From assembly GCA_017415485.1 (NCBI GenBank), contig JAFQGP010000075.1, positions 635 through 64,634 of the forward strand: a stretch of 64,000 nucleotides of DNA, written 5' to 3'. This DNA is from Clostridia bacterium. GTDB lineage: Bacteria; Bacillota; Clostridia; Oscillospirales; CAG-272. Shown here piece after piece: positions 25,763 through 34,602 of the stretch (its first letter is position 1; the number at the start of each line of letters is the position of its first letter). The notes beneath the pieces are model-generated. The model did no database searches. It was not told the origin of the DNA and saw only the letters and a program-made list of their open reading frames with translations. A program made the translations under genes and the position numbers.

Positions 25763-27166
25763 ATGAGAAAGTTTACAACAATTTTCGTAACAGTTGTTCT
25801 TTGCCTTGCAACTCTTGCTGTTTGCGCATCTGCTGCATCAAATACCAACTGTGCAAAGAACGTTCACGACTGGTCCGCATGGGCTGCTATTGAGATCCTT
25901 GAGGATGGTTCCATCGTAATGGGTCGTTCCTGCATTTGCGGTGCTGAAGATGAGCCCTACATCATCCCCGCTCCTCACGAGCACACCATCGCACACGTTC
26001 CCGCTGCAGAAGCTTGCCATGTTCCCGGAACTGTTGAGTACTGGCACTGCACCGATCCTAACTGCGAGGCTGTTTTTGCTGATAAGGCACTTACCCAGCT
26101 GACCAACCGCAAGAACCTCGAGATCCCCGCTGATTGCGAGCTCGCATATGTTCCTGCAGCAGAGGCTTGCCACAAGCCCGGTAGTGCTGAGTATTGGTAC
26201 TGCCCCGAGTGTGAAGCAGTTTACGCTGATGCTGAGGGTACTGTTCTTACCAATAGAAAGAACCTTGAGACCCCTGCTGACACCGAGCTCGTTCACCACG
26301 AGGCTATCGCTCCCTGCCATGCAAACGGCTACCTTGAGTACTGGTACTGCCCTGATTGCGACGGTTACTTCACCGACGCTGCAGGTACCCAGATCACCAA
26401 TATCAAGAACCTCACCGTAGAGGGCGACCTCTCCAAGCTTGTTTACACCGCTAAGGTTGAGCCCACCGCTACCGAGAACGGTATGAATGAGTACTGGTAC
26501 TGCGCAGGTTGCGACTGCTACTTCACCGATGCAGAGGGTAAGATGAACATTGCTTACCTCAGCCTCACCATTCCCGCTACCGGTGCAACCGAGCACACCC
26601 ACACCATCGCATACGTTCCCGCTACCGAGGCTTGCCACGTTCCCGGCTCCGCTGAGTTCTGGTACTGCACCGATCCTACCTGCGAGATCGTATTCGCTGA
26701 CGAGGCTCTTACTCAGGTTACCAACCGCAAGAATCTTGAGACTCCTGCAGTTGTTGAGCTTCAGCACATCGAGGCTGTAGCTGCTTGCCATGCAAACGGC
26801 TACCTTGAGCACTGGTACTGCCCCAAGTGTGATGCTTACTTCGCAGATGCAGCAGCTACTCAGCTCACCAATATCAAGAACCTCACCGTTGAGGGCGACC
26901 TCTCCAAGCTTGCTTACACCGCTAAGGTTGAAGCTACCGCTACCGAGAACGGTATGAATGAGTATTGGTACTGCGCAGGCTGTGACTGCTACTTCACCGA
27001 TGCAGAGGGCAAGTACAACATCGCTTACCTCAGCCTCACCATTCCCGCTACCGGCGAGCCCACCAGCCCTGACACCGGCGACAACGCTATCTTCTTCATC
27101 GTAGCTCTCGTTGCTGTTGCTACCCTTGGTGTTGCAGCTGTTAGCTTCAAGAAGAGAGAGAACTAA
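25763..27166 (+). CDS. secreted, wall-anchored Cys-rich repeat protein (7 repeats of about 45-50 aa), function unknown
   Basis: Signal peptide. Seven repeats contain E[YFH]W[YH]C-x2-5-C, and five of them also a preceding [AP]CH. C-terminal SPDTGD + hydrophobic stretch + KKREN sorting signal. Confidence 0.85.
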   Translation: MRKFTTIFVTVVLCLATLAVCASAASNTNCAKNVHDWSAWAAIEILEDGSIVMGRSCICGAEDEPYIIPAPHEHTIAHVPAAEACHVPGTVEYWHCTDPNCEAVFADKALTQLTNRKNLEIPADCELAYVPAAEACHKPGSAEYWYCPECEAVYADAEGTVLTNRKNLETPADTELVHHEAIAPCHANGYLEYWYCPDCDGYFTDAAGTQITNIKNLTVEGDLSKLVYTAKVEPTATENGMNEYWYCAGCDCYFTDAEGKMNIAYLSLTIPATGATEHTHTIAYVPATEACHVPGSAEFWYCTDPTCEIVFADEALTQVTNRKNLETPAVVELQHIEAVAACHANGYLEHWYCPKCDAYFADAAATQLTNIKNLTVEGDLSKLAYTAKVEATATENGMNEYWYCAGCDCYFTDAEGKYNIAYLSLTIPATGEPTSPDTGDNAIFFIVALVAVATLGVAAVSFKKREN

Positions 27167-27195
27167 TCTGAATTAACGGATTATTATCTTACATA

Positions 27196-27228
27196 AAAAG
27201 CACCTCCCGTTTCGGGAGGTGCTTTTTT
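27196..27228 (+). terminator. intrinsic terminator
   Basis: AAAAAGCACCTCCC-GTTTC-GGGAGGTGCTTTTTT. Confidence 0.85.
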
Positions 27229-27325
27229 GCGTAAAAATCAAAAAAGCTATTGCATTTCACTGAAAAATATAGTATAATTAATATGTTAATCGGGTAATAC
27301 CGAAATAAATTCTTGTGAGGAAAAA

Positions 27326-27532
27326 ATGCCAAAGGTTGTTCGTATTATTGCGCTTATCATGGCTATTCTGATGGGACTTTCCGCTATCGGAATGATTGCT
27401 ATGTACGTGGCGGCAGAGAGCTTGGATTCCGCAAATACTTCGGCGTCTCTCGCGATCGCGGATACAGAAAATAACTCCTGTAACGTCGCAGATAACGCGG
27501 ATTCTGCAATTTTAGCAGTTAAATACTGTTGA
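27326..27532 (+). CDS. 68-aa exported or membrane small protein, function unknown
   Basis: Own promoter TTGCAT-17-TATAAT (27250-27278). N-terminal hydrophobic segment IIALIMAILMGLSAIGMIAMYVAA, then an acidic and Ala/Ser/Asn-rich tail with two Cys, ending ..KYC. Confidence 0.5.
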   Translation: MPKVVRIIALIMAILMGLSAIGMIAMYVAAESLDSANTSASLAIADTENNSCNVADNADSAILAVKYC

Positions 27533-27618
27533 CAGTGAGCTTATCTCTCGGTTGCTGTTGTTGCAAGAGATCACTGATACTTTTGAAAACAACGCCCTCG
27601 CGATGGAGGGCGTTGTTT

Positions 27619-29196
27619 TTATATGATAAGATATCTTGCATTGCTGAGCGAATCGGACGAATCGGGCGACGGAGTCGGCTCGAGGGCGTTCTTTTCGGCT
27701 ATGAGATTTGCATCTGTGCGGTATCTCTTGGCAATATCCCAAAGAGTTTCGTTTGCGGATGGATAACAAACACGGATATGTGATGCATCGGGCTGTGAGA
27801 ATGCAGACGGTGTGAGGTTGATCTCGCCGATCGAATCAATTTCTTGCTCTTTGTCGATAAGGCAAGAAATATAAAGCTCGCAGTCGCATACGATCCGGTC
27901 GGAATCGATGCGTCCTTTTACTTCTGCCACCGCTGCGCTTACAGAGGTTACGAGCGGAAGATCATCAACGTTTCCGCGGATGTCAGCGGTGTATTTCATA
28001 TCGGCATCAAACTCTGCCGGTATCAGCTCGGCACCGTTATCTGCGATAGCGGAGAATTTGATCTTTCCGCTTGCGGTAAACCTGCCGCCTTCGCTGATCT
28101 CGGTCTTGATCTCGGGGAGCAGTGTGGCGCGGATGTCGCAGAGACGCATTCCGCTGTCAAGAGAAAGATCGGTAAGGGGCTTGGAAGAACTGACTGTCGC
28201 GTTTCCGCACCAGCAAGCGACCGGCGAGGGAAGAGTCAGCTTGCGGCGTGAGGATTCGCAATCGGATGTTTTCGAATAGGCGTCTTTGATGTAGGCAATT
28301 TCGCCCGCAGCGGCTGCCTCGGCGGAGAGCATAACGGTAGCCTCGAGATCGATTCCGTCCTCGGTAGCCGCCGCGGTGAGTGCGGGACAAACACCGATAG
28401 CGCGGATCCCTACGATCTGTGCTTTATCGGGAAGCGTACTTCCGATGGGCAGGGTTTCGGCGAAGGGGATCTTGCGGACCATTTTTCTCGGGCGCTCACC
28501 TTCTCCCTCGCGAGTCAGCAGAATATGCGCGCAGACCTCGCCGCGGCAAAGAGCACCGCCATCCGAAAGCTGTACGTGCGAGATCATAACGTCGCCGCGT
28601 GAGGAGATGATGCGGAATTCGTCGCTTGCCGAGAGCCCCGCTTCCGCGCGTGTGAGTCTGTCCTTGCAGGTGATCGGACTGTTTGATACCGATGAATAGT
28701 ATCCGCAATCGGCGCGCGCGGTCAACACTTTCAAATCGTCATTACCGCTGTCGCCGTGGATGAGAGTTTCGGCATCAGAATAAGCACGAAGCTCGGGCGA
28801 GAGACGGACGCGGCTCTTGAGCGTCAGTTTTCTCGGCGCGGTCACACGTGCAGAAACGTTTTCAGCCGAAGCATCCGGCAGATAGGAAAGGGCAGAGGGA
28901 TCCTTCGGGAGAGCGTTGTCCGAGAGCAGAAGGTCGTATTCACTCGGCAACTCGGCGCACCACAGTGACGAATCCTCGGCTGATTCGTATAAGACCGAAT
29001 ACCTTATTCCGCCCGCATATTCCGCGCTTCCGCCGCCGAGGTAGAGTGTGGGAGTCCCCGCGACGGCAGAGCAGGAAAGAACTCGCCCGACAGCGGGCAT
29101 ATAGTCGGGAAGCGTGAAGTCATCCGAAAGCTCGCAGGTCTGCGCGCGGTCGAAAAGACGCGAGGTGTATGAAAATCTTTTGTTGTTGTCGCTCAT
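27619..29196 (-). CDS. DUF3794 domain protein with C-terminal LysM
   Basis: N-terminal FTLPDYMPAVGRVL is typical of DUF3794 repeats. The C-terminal IRVCYPSANETLWDIAKRYRTDANLIAEKN is a LysM motif. Confidence 0.7.
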   Translation of the reverse strand: MSDNNKRFSYTSRLFDRAQTCELSDDFTLPDYMPAVGRVLSCSAVAGTPTLYLGGGSAEYAGGIRYSVLYESAEDSSLWCAELPSEYDLLLSDNALPKDPSALSYLPDASAENVSARVTAPRKLTLKSRVRLSPELRAYSDAETLIHGDSGNDDLKVLTARADCGYYSSVSNSPITCKDRLTRAEAGLSASDEFRIISSRGDVMISHVQLSDGGALCRGEVCAHILLTREGEGERPRKMVRKIPFAETLPIGSTLPDKAQIVGIRAIGVCPALTAAATEDGIDLEATVMLSAEAAAAGEIAYIKDAYSKTSDCESSRRKLTLPSPVACWCGNATVSSSKPLTDLSLDSGMRLCDIRATLLPEIKTEISEGGRFTASGKIKFSAIADNGAELIPAEFDADMKYTADIRGNVDDLPLVTSVSAAVAEVKGRIDSDRIVCDCELYISCLIDKEQEIDSIGEINLTPSAFSQPDASHIRVCYPSANETLWDIAKRYRTDANLIAEKNALEPTPSPDSSDSLSNARYLII

Positions 29197-29295
29197 ATTT
29201 TTTCCTCCGTGAGAGTATATTTCGCTAAAATATATGCAGGATTTGCAAAAAATATGATCTCTTTGCCAAATAAACCAATGGTTGAAAAAGATCTA

Positions 29296-29324
29296 TTGAC
29301 AAATACTTGTCGTTATGATATAAT
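29296..29324 (+). promoter_or_regulatory. perfect-consensus sigma-A promoter
   Basis: TTGACA-17-TATAAT. Confidence 0.65.
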
Positions 29325-29366
29325 AAACACGTAAGAAAAACTATCAAACAGGCAAAGGAGGTGACG

Positions 29367-29423
29367 ATGATGAAAAAGCTTTATATTTTTCGGATGTCGT
29401 GTTTGCCTCCCGTTTTTATATGA
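29367..29423 (+). CDS. 18-aa upstream ORF (possible leader peptide)
   Basis: AAGGAGGTGACG then ATGATG...: MMKKLYIFRMSCLPPVFI. Followed by overlapping alternative hairpins at 29442-29491. Confidence 0.3.
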   Translation: MMKKLYIFRMSCLPPVFI

Positions 29424-29504
29424 CGGAAGACTGATATTTTTGCATCCGAAGGGGTGCATTTTTTGTTGTAAAGATGCACCCCACACGCAGTATTTCGGTA
29501 TCGG

Positions 29505-29729
29505 TTGAAGAAAGAGGGTGCAAGAATACATAATACGATTGTAATATCGAAAAAAATAATAGAATACAGACGTGCTAACAACATCACACAAAGTGAACTC
29601 GCAAGAGAGCTTGGCGTTTCTCCGCAGGCGGTTTATAAATGGGAGAAGGAGATTTGTTATCCGGACATAACCTTTCTTCCTGCTCTTGCGGTTGTAGTTG
29701 GTTGTAGTATTAACGATTTCTTTGAATAA
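29505..29729 (+). CDS. XRE-family helix-turn-helix protein
   Basis: IIEYRRANNITQSELARELGVSPQAVYKWEK is a classic HTH_3 motif. The only in-frame start is TTG at 29505, with no good SD. Confidence 0.6.
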   Translation: MKKEGARIHNTIVISKKIIEYRRANNITQSELARELGVSPQAVYKWEKEICYPDITFLPALAVVVGCSINDFFE

Positions 29730-29820
29730 CAACAAAACCCACCTCGTTATCCTCGGGTGCTAAAGGACAGTAAAAAAGCCGATATGGATTTATTTCCGTA
29801 TCGGCTCTTTTCTATTAGCA

Positions 29821-30062
29821 CTATCACATAAGTGGTGAGCGCGCTCTTCCTGATAGTTTTTAGTGATATGCTATCTTCGATAGCGTGATATTTTTGCTAT
29901 CGCAAAAGTGATATTTCAAGGCATTGCCTTGAAGTGATATTCTATTCGCCCTATAAACTCGCGAAGCGAATATCACTTGGACGAAGTCCAAATATCACTG
30001 CGTAGCAATATCACTCGCCAGAGGCGAATAGAGTTGGCGTTGTGTTCCTGGGAACACAACGC
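29821..30062. repeat. hairpin array phased by the 7-mer GTGATAT and its complement ATATCAC
   Basis: GTGATAT at 29863, 29885, 29908 and 29934. ATATCAC at 29970, 29992 and 30008. A different short palindrome lies between successive 7-mers. The final hairpin is 30034-30063. Confidence 0.8.
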
Positions 30063-30093
30063 CTTTGAGGTGGGTTTTGAGTTGAATCAAGAT

Positions 30094-31272
30094 TTAGATT
30101 CTTGCAACGCCTGTTGCTCTTGCTGCCTCTGCAACTGCGGCTGCTACGACCTTGCCGACATTCTTGTCGAGCGCAGAGGGGATGATGTTCTCCTCACTCA
30201 GGTCTGCGTCGCTGATGAGAGAAGCGAGTGCGCGGGAGGTTGCAACCTTCATTTCCTCGTTGATCACCGACGCACGGACGTCAAGCGCACCGCGGAAGAT
30301 GCCGGGGAATGCAAGGAGGTTGTTGATCTGGTTGGGGAAGTCGGAACGGCCTGTACCAACGATACGTGCGCCGCCTGCCTTTGCCTCGTCGGGCATGATC
30401 TCGGGGGTGGGGTTAGCCATCGGGAATACGATAGCGTCCTTTGCCATAGTCGAAACCATCTCTGCGGTTACGGTGCCGGGAGCGGATACGCCGATGAACA
30501 CGTCAGCGCCCTTGAGAGCGTCTGCGATAGTGCCGTCAACCTTATCCTTGTTGGTGATCTTAGCCATTTCCTGGATCTCGGAGTTGAGACCGGGCTTGCC
30601 CTCATAGATGGTGCCGCGGCTGTTGCACATAATGATGTTGCCTGCGGTTGCGCCCATGTTGATGAGGTGCTTTGCGATCGAAACGCCTGCTGCGCCTGCG
30701 CCGCTCATAGCGATCTTGATCTCTGCCATATCCTTCTTAACGATCTTGAGAGCGTTGAGAAGAGCTGCAGCAACTACGATCGCGGTGCCGTGCTGGTCAT
30801 CGTGGAAGATCGGGATGTCGCACATCTCGATAAGACGGCGCTCGATCTCGAAGCAGCGGGGAGCTCCGATGTCCTCGAGGTTGATACCTCCGAAGGAGCC
30901 GGAAAGGAGATAAATGGTGCGGACGATCTCGTCAACATCCTTGGAGCGGATGCAGAGGGGGAATGCGTCAACGTCGCCGAACTCCTTGAAGAGAAGGCAC
31001 TTGCCTTCCATAACGGGCATACCTGCCTCGGGACCGATGTCGCCAAGGCCGAGAACTGCGGTACCGTCGGTGATAACGGCAACGAGGTTCGAACGGCGGG
31101 TAAGCTCGAAGGACTTGTTATAGTCTGCTTGAATTGCGAGGCAGGGCTCTGCAACACCGGGGGTGTAAGCAAGGGAGAGGTCGTCGCGGGTATTTACGGG
31201 AATACGCGCGGTAACTTCGATCTTACCGTTCCATTCGGCGTGCTTCTTAAGAGATTCTTCTCTGTAATTCAT
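30094..31272 (-). CDS. NAD(P)-dependent malic enzyme (short form)
   Basis: LSLAYTPGVAEPCL, ITDGTAVLGLGDIGPEAGMPVMEGK and GAGAAGV motifs. 392 aa. Confidence 0.9.
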   Translation of the reverse strand: MNYREESLKKHAEWNGKIEVTARIPVNTRDDLSLAYTPGVAEPCLAIQADYNKSFELTRRSNLVAVITDGTAVLGLGDIGPEAGMPVMEGKCLLFKEFGDVDAFPLCIRSKDVDEIVRTIYLLSGSFGGINLEDIGAPRCFEIERRLIEMCDIPIFHDDQHGTAIVVAAALLNALKIVKKDMAEIKIAMSGAGAAGVSIAKHLINMGATAGNIIMCNSRGTIYEGKPGLNSEIQEMAKITNKDKVDGTIADALKGADVFIGVSAPGTVTAEMVSTMAKDAIVFPMANPTPEIMPDEAKAGGARIVGTGRSDFPNQINNLLAFPGIFRGALDVRASVINEEMKVATSRALASLISDADLSEENIIPSALDKNVGKVVAAAVAEAARATGVARI

Positions 31273-31295
31273 CTGTAGATCTACCTTTTTTCAGA

Positions 31296-32402
31296 TTACT
31301 TTTCCCAGGGGAATACGTACTGGGTAAGACCGAGCTTGTCGCGAACTGCGGACATTTCGCCCTGAACAGACTCATTGATCGGAACGCCGGACTCACGGGA
31401 GAGACGGATCTCGTATTCCTTCTCGCCTGCGGAGTAGATGCGCTCTGCTCCGGGAGCCTTTCTTGCGCCGCGAACTTCACGGATGATGTCGCCGGCCTTC
31501 TTACGGCAAACGTCCTCACCGAGGAAGTGGTTGGTGTCGATAGCGATGAAGAAGTGACCGAGGTGGAAGGGAACCTTCTTGCCGTCCTTAAGACCGGTAA
31601 GAGCCTTACCGTAGGAACCGTCCTGAAGAACTGCGGAAAGGAGCTCTACGAACATAGCGTAGCCGTAGCCCTTGTAGCCTGCGCCCTCTTCGCCAGGGCC
31701 GCCGAGAGTGCAGAGAGCGCACTCGCCCTTTGCCATATCCTTGAGAGCGTCAGCAGCCTTGCCAACGTAAGCAGTACCCTCTTTGGTTACGAGAGCGCCT
31801 GCGGGAGCGTCCTTGTCAAGACGAGCGTAGTACTCGAGCTTACCGTTCTGGTAAGTGGAGGTAGCGCCGTCAAAGTTGAAGTCGAAGGGCTCATCGGTGG
31901 GAACGCCGAGAGTGAGGGGGTTAGTACCGAACATACCCTCTACGCCGAAGGTAGGAGCAACGGTGGGACGAGCGTTGGTACCGGTAAGACCGATACAGCC
32001 CTGAGAAGCAGCCATGGAGGTGTAGTAGCCTGCGATACCGTAGTGGCAGGAGTTACGAACAGCAACCATACCCATACCGTACTTCTTAGCCTTATCGATA
32101 GCCATCTGCATAGCCTTGTAACCGATAACCTGACCCATACCGTCATGTCCGTCAACAACAGCGGTTGTCTCGGTCTCCTTGATGATCTCAAAATTGGTTA
32201 CGGGGTTCTGAATACCTGCCTCGATTCTGTCAAGGTAGATCGGCTTGAAACGGTTGCAGCCGTGGGACTCGATACCGCGCTTGTCGGATTCGAGAAGAAC
32301 GTCTGCGCAGATCTCCGCGTCCTCGCGGGGAATGCCGTAGCCTACGAAAGAGTCAACTACAAAGTTTGTAATTGTGGTCCAATCGACGATGTGTTTTGCC
32401 AT
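31296..32402 (-). CDS. Ldh_2-family (malate/L-lactate/ureidoglycolate-type) dehydrogenase
   Basis: ESDKRGIESHGCNRF and the RNSCHYGIAGYY motif. Start taken at MAKHIV (32402). Confidence 0.8.
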   Translation of the reverse strand: MAKHIVDWTTITNFVVDSFVGYGIPREDAEICADVLLESDKRGIESHGCNRFKPIYLDRIEAGIQNPVTNFEIIKETETTAVVDGHDGMGQVIGYKAMQMAIDKAKKYGMGMVAVRNSCHYGIAGYYTSMAASQGCIGLTGTNARPTVAPTFGVEGMFGTNPLTLGVPTDEPFDFNFDGATSTYQNGKLEYYARLDKDAPAGALVTKEGTAYVGKAADALKDMAKGECALCTLGGPGEEGAGYKGYGYAMFVELLSAVLQDGSYGKALTGLKDGKKVPFHLGHFFIAIDTNHFLGEDVCRKKAGDIIREVRGARKAPGAERIYSAGEKEYEIRLSRESGVPINESVQGEMSAVRDKLGLTQYVFPWEK

Positions 32403-32604
32403 GATTGATAGTACCTTTCTTTTTATAAAAATTTTTATTTTTTCAATCTTTGTGTTTTCACACAGAAATATTATACCATTATTTCTCTTGTTTTGCAATA
32501 GGAAAACAAATAAAAATCATATATTTAATTATTATTTTACAAAATAATTTCCGCAGGTCGCTTCTGCGATCTGCGGAAAATGCGGAGATATCAGCGCAGT
32601 TGTT

Positions 32605-33003
32605 TTACCATCCGGTATCCTTCAAATACCATTCACCGTCCGGCTCTTTTACATAGAAGTAGCAAAATGTTCTTTCAGGTTGATTAAAGTATTTAATTGC
32701 GTCAGGTGTTTTCATATTGGCGATAAAAACTATGCATTTCTCATATTCTATATCATAGTCTTTTTTGAACAGTTCAAGATGGTGGGAACATAATGAGTCA
32801 CCCGCAAATTCGAGACTTTTGAGCTTGACGATTGATTCCCCTTTTTCAATTTCTTCAATTATCATATTGACGATTGTCTCACGCTCCTCCATAGTATATA
32901 ACTCGGATTCACCGTAATCGATTTTGGCGCTTCCGGTCTTTGAGCATGAGATGAGCGAGACAATCATAATAGCCGCGAGTACAATACATAATATTTTTTT
33001 CAT
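32605..33003 (-). CDS. small lipoprotein, function unknown
   Basis: Lipobox LISCS. 132 aa. Confidence 0.6.
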   Translation of the reverse strand: MKKILCIVLAAIMIVSLISCSKTGSAKIDYGESELYTMEERETIVNMIIEEIEKGESIVKLKSLEFAGDSLCSHHLELFKKDYDIEYEKCIVFIANMKTPDAIKYFNQPERTFCYFYVKEPDGEWYLKDTGW

Positions 33004-33195
33004 GTTGCACCTCTCTGCATATTTTTAACGGTTTAACTGGATTCATTATATCATATGGTTTTGGTGTTGTCAATGGACTTGTCGCAAGTTTTAATAAGTA
33101 TATAACAAATTTCCGAATATATATTTACAATCGCCAAAGATTGTGATATAATTATTCTATATATTATATATAATCAAGAAAGGAACTACGAAAAA

Positions 33196-34584
33196 ATGCT
33201 TGATAAGAAAACAATGTCCGAGCTTATTGCCATCGTGCTTCACGGCGGCGCAGACTTTGTTGAGGTCTACTCGGAATACTCCAAGGCGAACAGTGTAAGT
33301 TATTCCAACAAGAAGATCGAGACTGTCGCAGACAGCGTTCACGGCGGCGTCGGAATTCGCGCTTTCGTTGGAACAAAGACATACTTCGGATGCACGTCCG
33401 ATCTCACCCCCTCGGGTCTGCGCGAGTGCGCCGAGAGAGTTGCGCAGGCTGTCGGTAGCCCCGTGCAGAGAATTCCGGATTTCTATCTGACAGAAAGAAT
33501 TCCCACCAATATCCATCCCATCAAGACCATGCCCTCCGACGTTCCCGCGGCTGTAAGAGCCGAGCTCCTTCGTGCGGCTTGCACCAAGGCTTATGAGTAC
33601 GCTCCCGAGATCGTTCAGGTATCGGGCGGCATTTCCTCGAACGAGAAGAACTTTATCGTTGCAAACAGCGAGGGTCTTTACACCGGCGACAGACAGGTCA
33701 GAACCAGAATCAGCGTTTCTGCGGTTGCATCCGACGGCTCGGAGAACCAGACCGGCGGTTCGAACCCCGGCAGAAGCATGGGTTGGGAGCTCTTTGACAG
33801 CGTTGTAAATCCTGAGGAAGTCGGCAAAGAGGCGGCGCGTCAGGCTATGGTAAATCTCAAGGCAGTTCCTTGCCCCTCGGGTAAGATGACTGTTGCGATC
33901 GGCAACGGCTTCGGCGGCGTTATCTTCCACGAGGCTTGCGGTCACTCTCTCGAGGCAACAAGCGTTGGTATCGGAATGTCGCAGATGGCGGGCAAGATGG
34001 GTCAGCAGATCGCTAACCCCAAGGTCACCGCGATCGATGACGGCACCATCCCGAACGGTTGGGGCTCCTGCAATATCGACGACGAGGGAATGCCGATGAT
34101 CAAGCGCACCCTCATCAAGGACGGTATCCTCACCTCCTATATGATCGACCGCCTCGGCTCGCGCAGAATGGGTATGCCCTCCACAGCAAGCGGACGCCGT
34201 CAGGATTACTCCTACGAGCCCACCTCGCGTATGACAAACACCTACATCGCAAACGGCCCCGACAAGAACGAGGATATCATCAAGTCTATCGACAACGGCA
34301 TTTATGCAGCAGCAATGGGCGGCGGATCCGTCAACCCCTTCACCGGCGCGTTCAACTTTGCCGTAAGAGAGGGTTACATCGTTCGCAACGGTGAGATCTG
34401 CGAGCCCATCAAGGGCGCTTCGCTGATCGGCACCGGTAGCGAAATCCTGATGCAGATCGATATGGTCGGTCAGAATATGGAGACCGCGCAGGGTATGTGC
34501 GGATCTTCGAGCGGCTCTGTTCCCACAGACGTAGGACAGCCCCTCATCCGCGTTTCGGACATCACCGTTGGCGGAAGCAAGTAA
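33196..34584 (+). CDS. tldD: TldD-family metalloprotease
   Basis: HEACGHSLE (HExxxH) motif. 462 aa. Paired with a PmbA homologue. Confidence 0.9.
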   Translation: MLDKKTMSELIAIVLHGGADFVEVYSEYSKANSVSYSNKKIETVADSVHGGVGIRAFVGTKTYFGCTSDLTPSGLRECAERVAQAVGSPVQRIPDFYLTERIPTNIHPIKTMPSDVPAAVRAELLRAACTKAYEYAPEIVQVSGGISSNEKNFIVANSEGLYTGDRQVRTRISVSAVASDGSENQTGGSNPGRSMGWELFDSVVNPEEVGKEAARQAMVNLKAVPCPSGKMTVAIGNGFGGVIFHEACGHSLEATSVGIGMSQMAGKMGQQIANPKVTAIDDGTIPNGWGSCNIDDEGMPMIKRTLIKDGILTSYMIDRLGSRRMGMPSTASGRRQDYSYEPTSRMTNTYIANGPDKNEDIIKSIDNGIYAAAMGGGSVNPFTGAFNFAVREGYIVRNGEICEPIKGASLIGTGSEILMQIDMVGQNMETAQGMCGSSSGSVPTDVGQPLIRVSDITVGGSK

Positions 34585-34602
34585 GCGAAAGGAGTCAAGA
34601 TA

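Noticed and set aside
29863-30014. Possibility that the regularly spaced GTGATAT units are a miniature CRISPR array
   Set aside because: The repeated unit is only 7 nt and the 'spacers' are themselves perfect palindromes. The array reverses polarity half-way, and no cas genes or leader are present. Not CRISPR.
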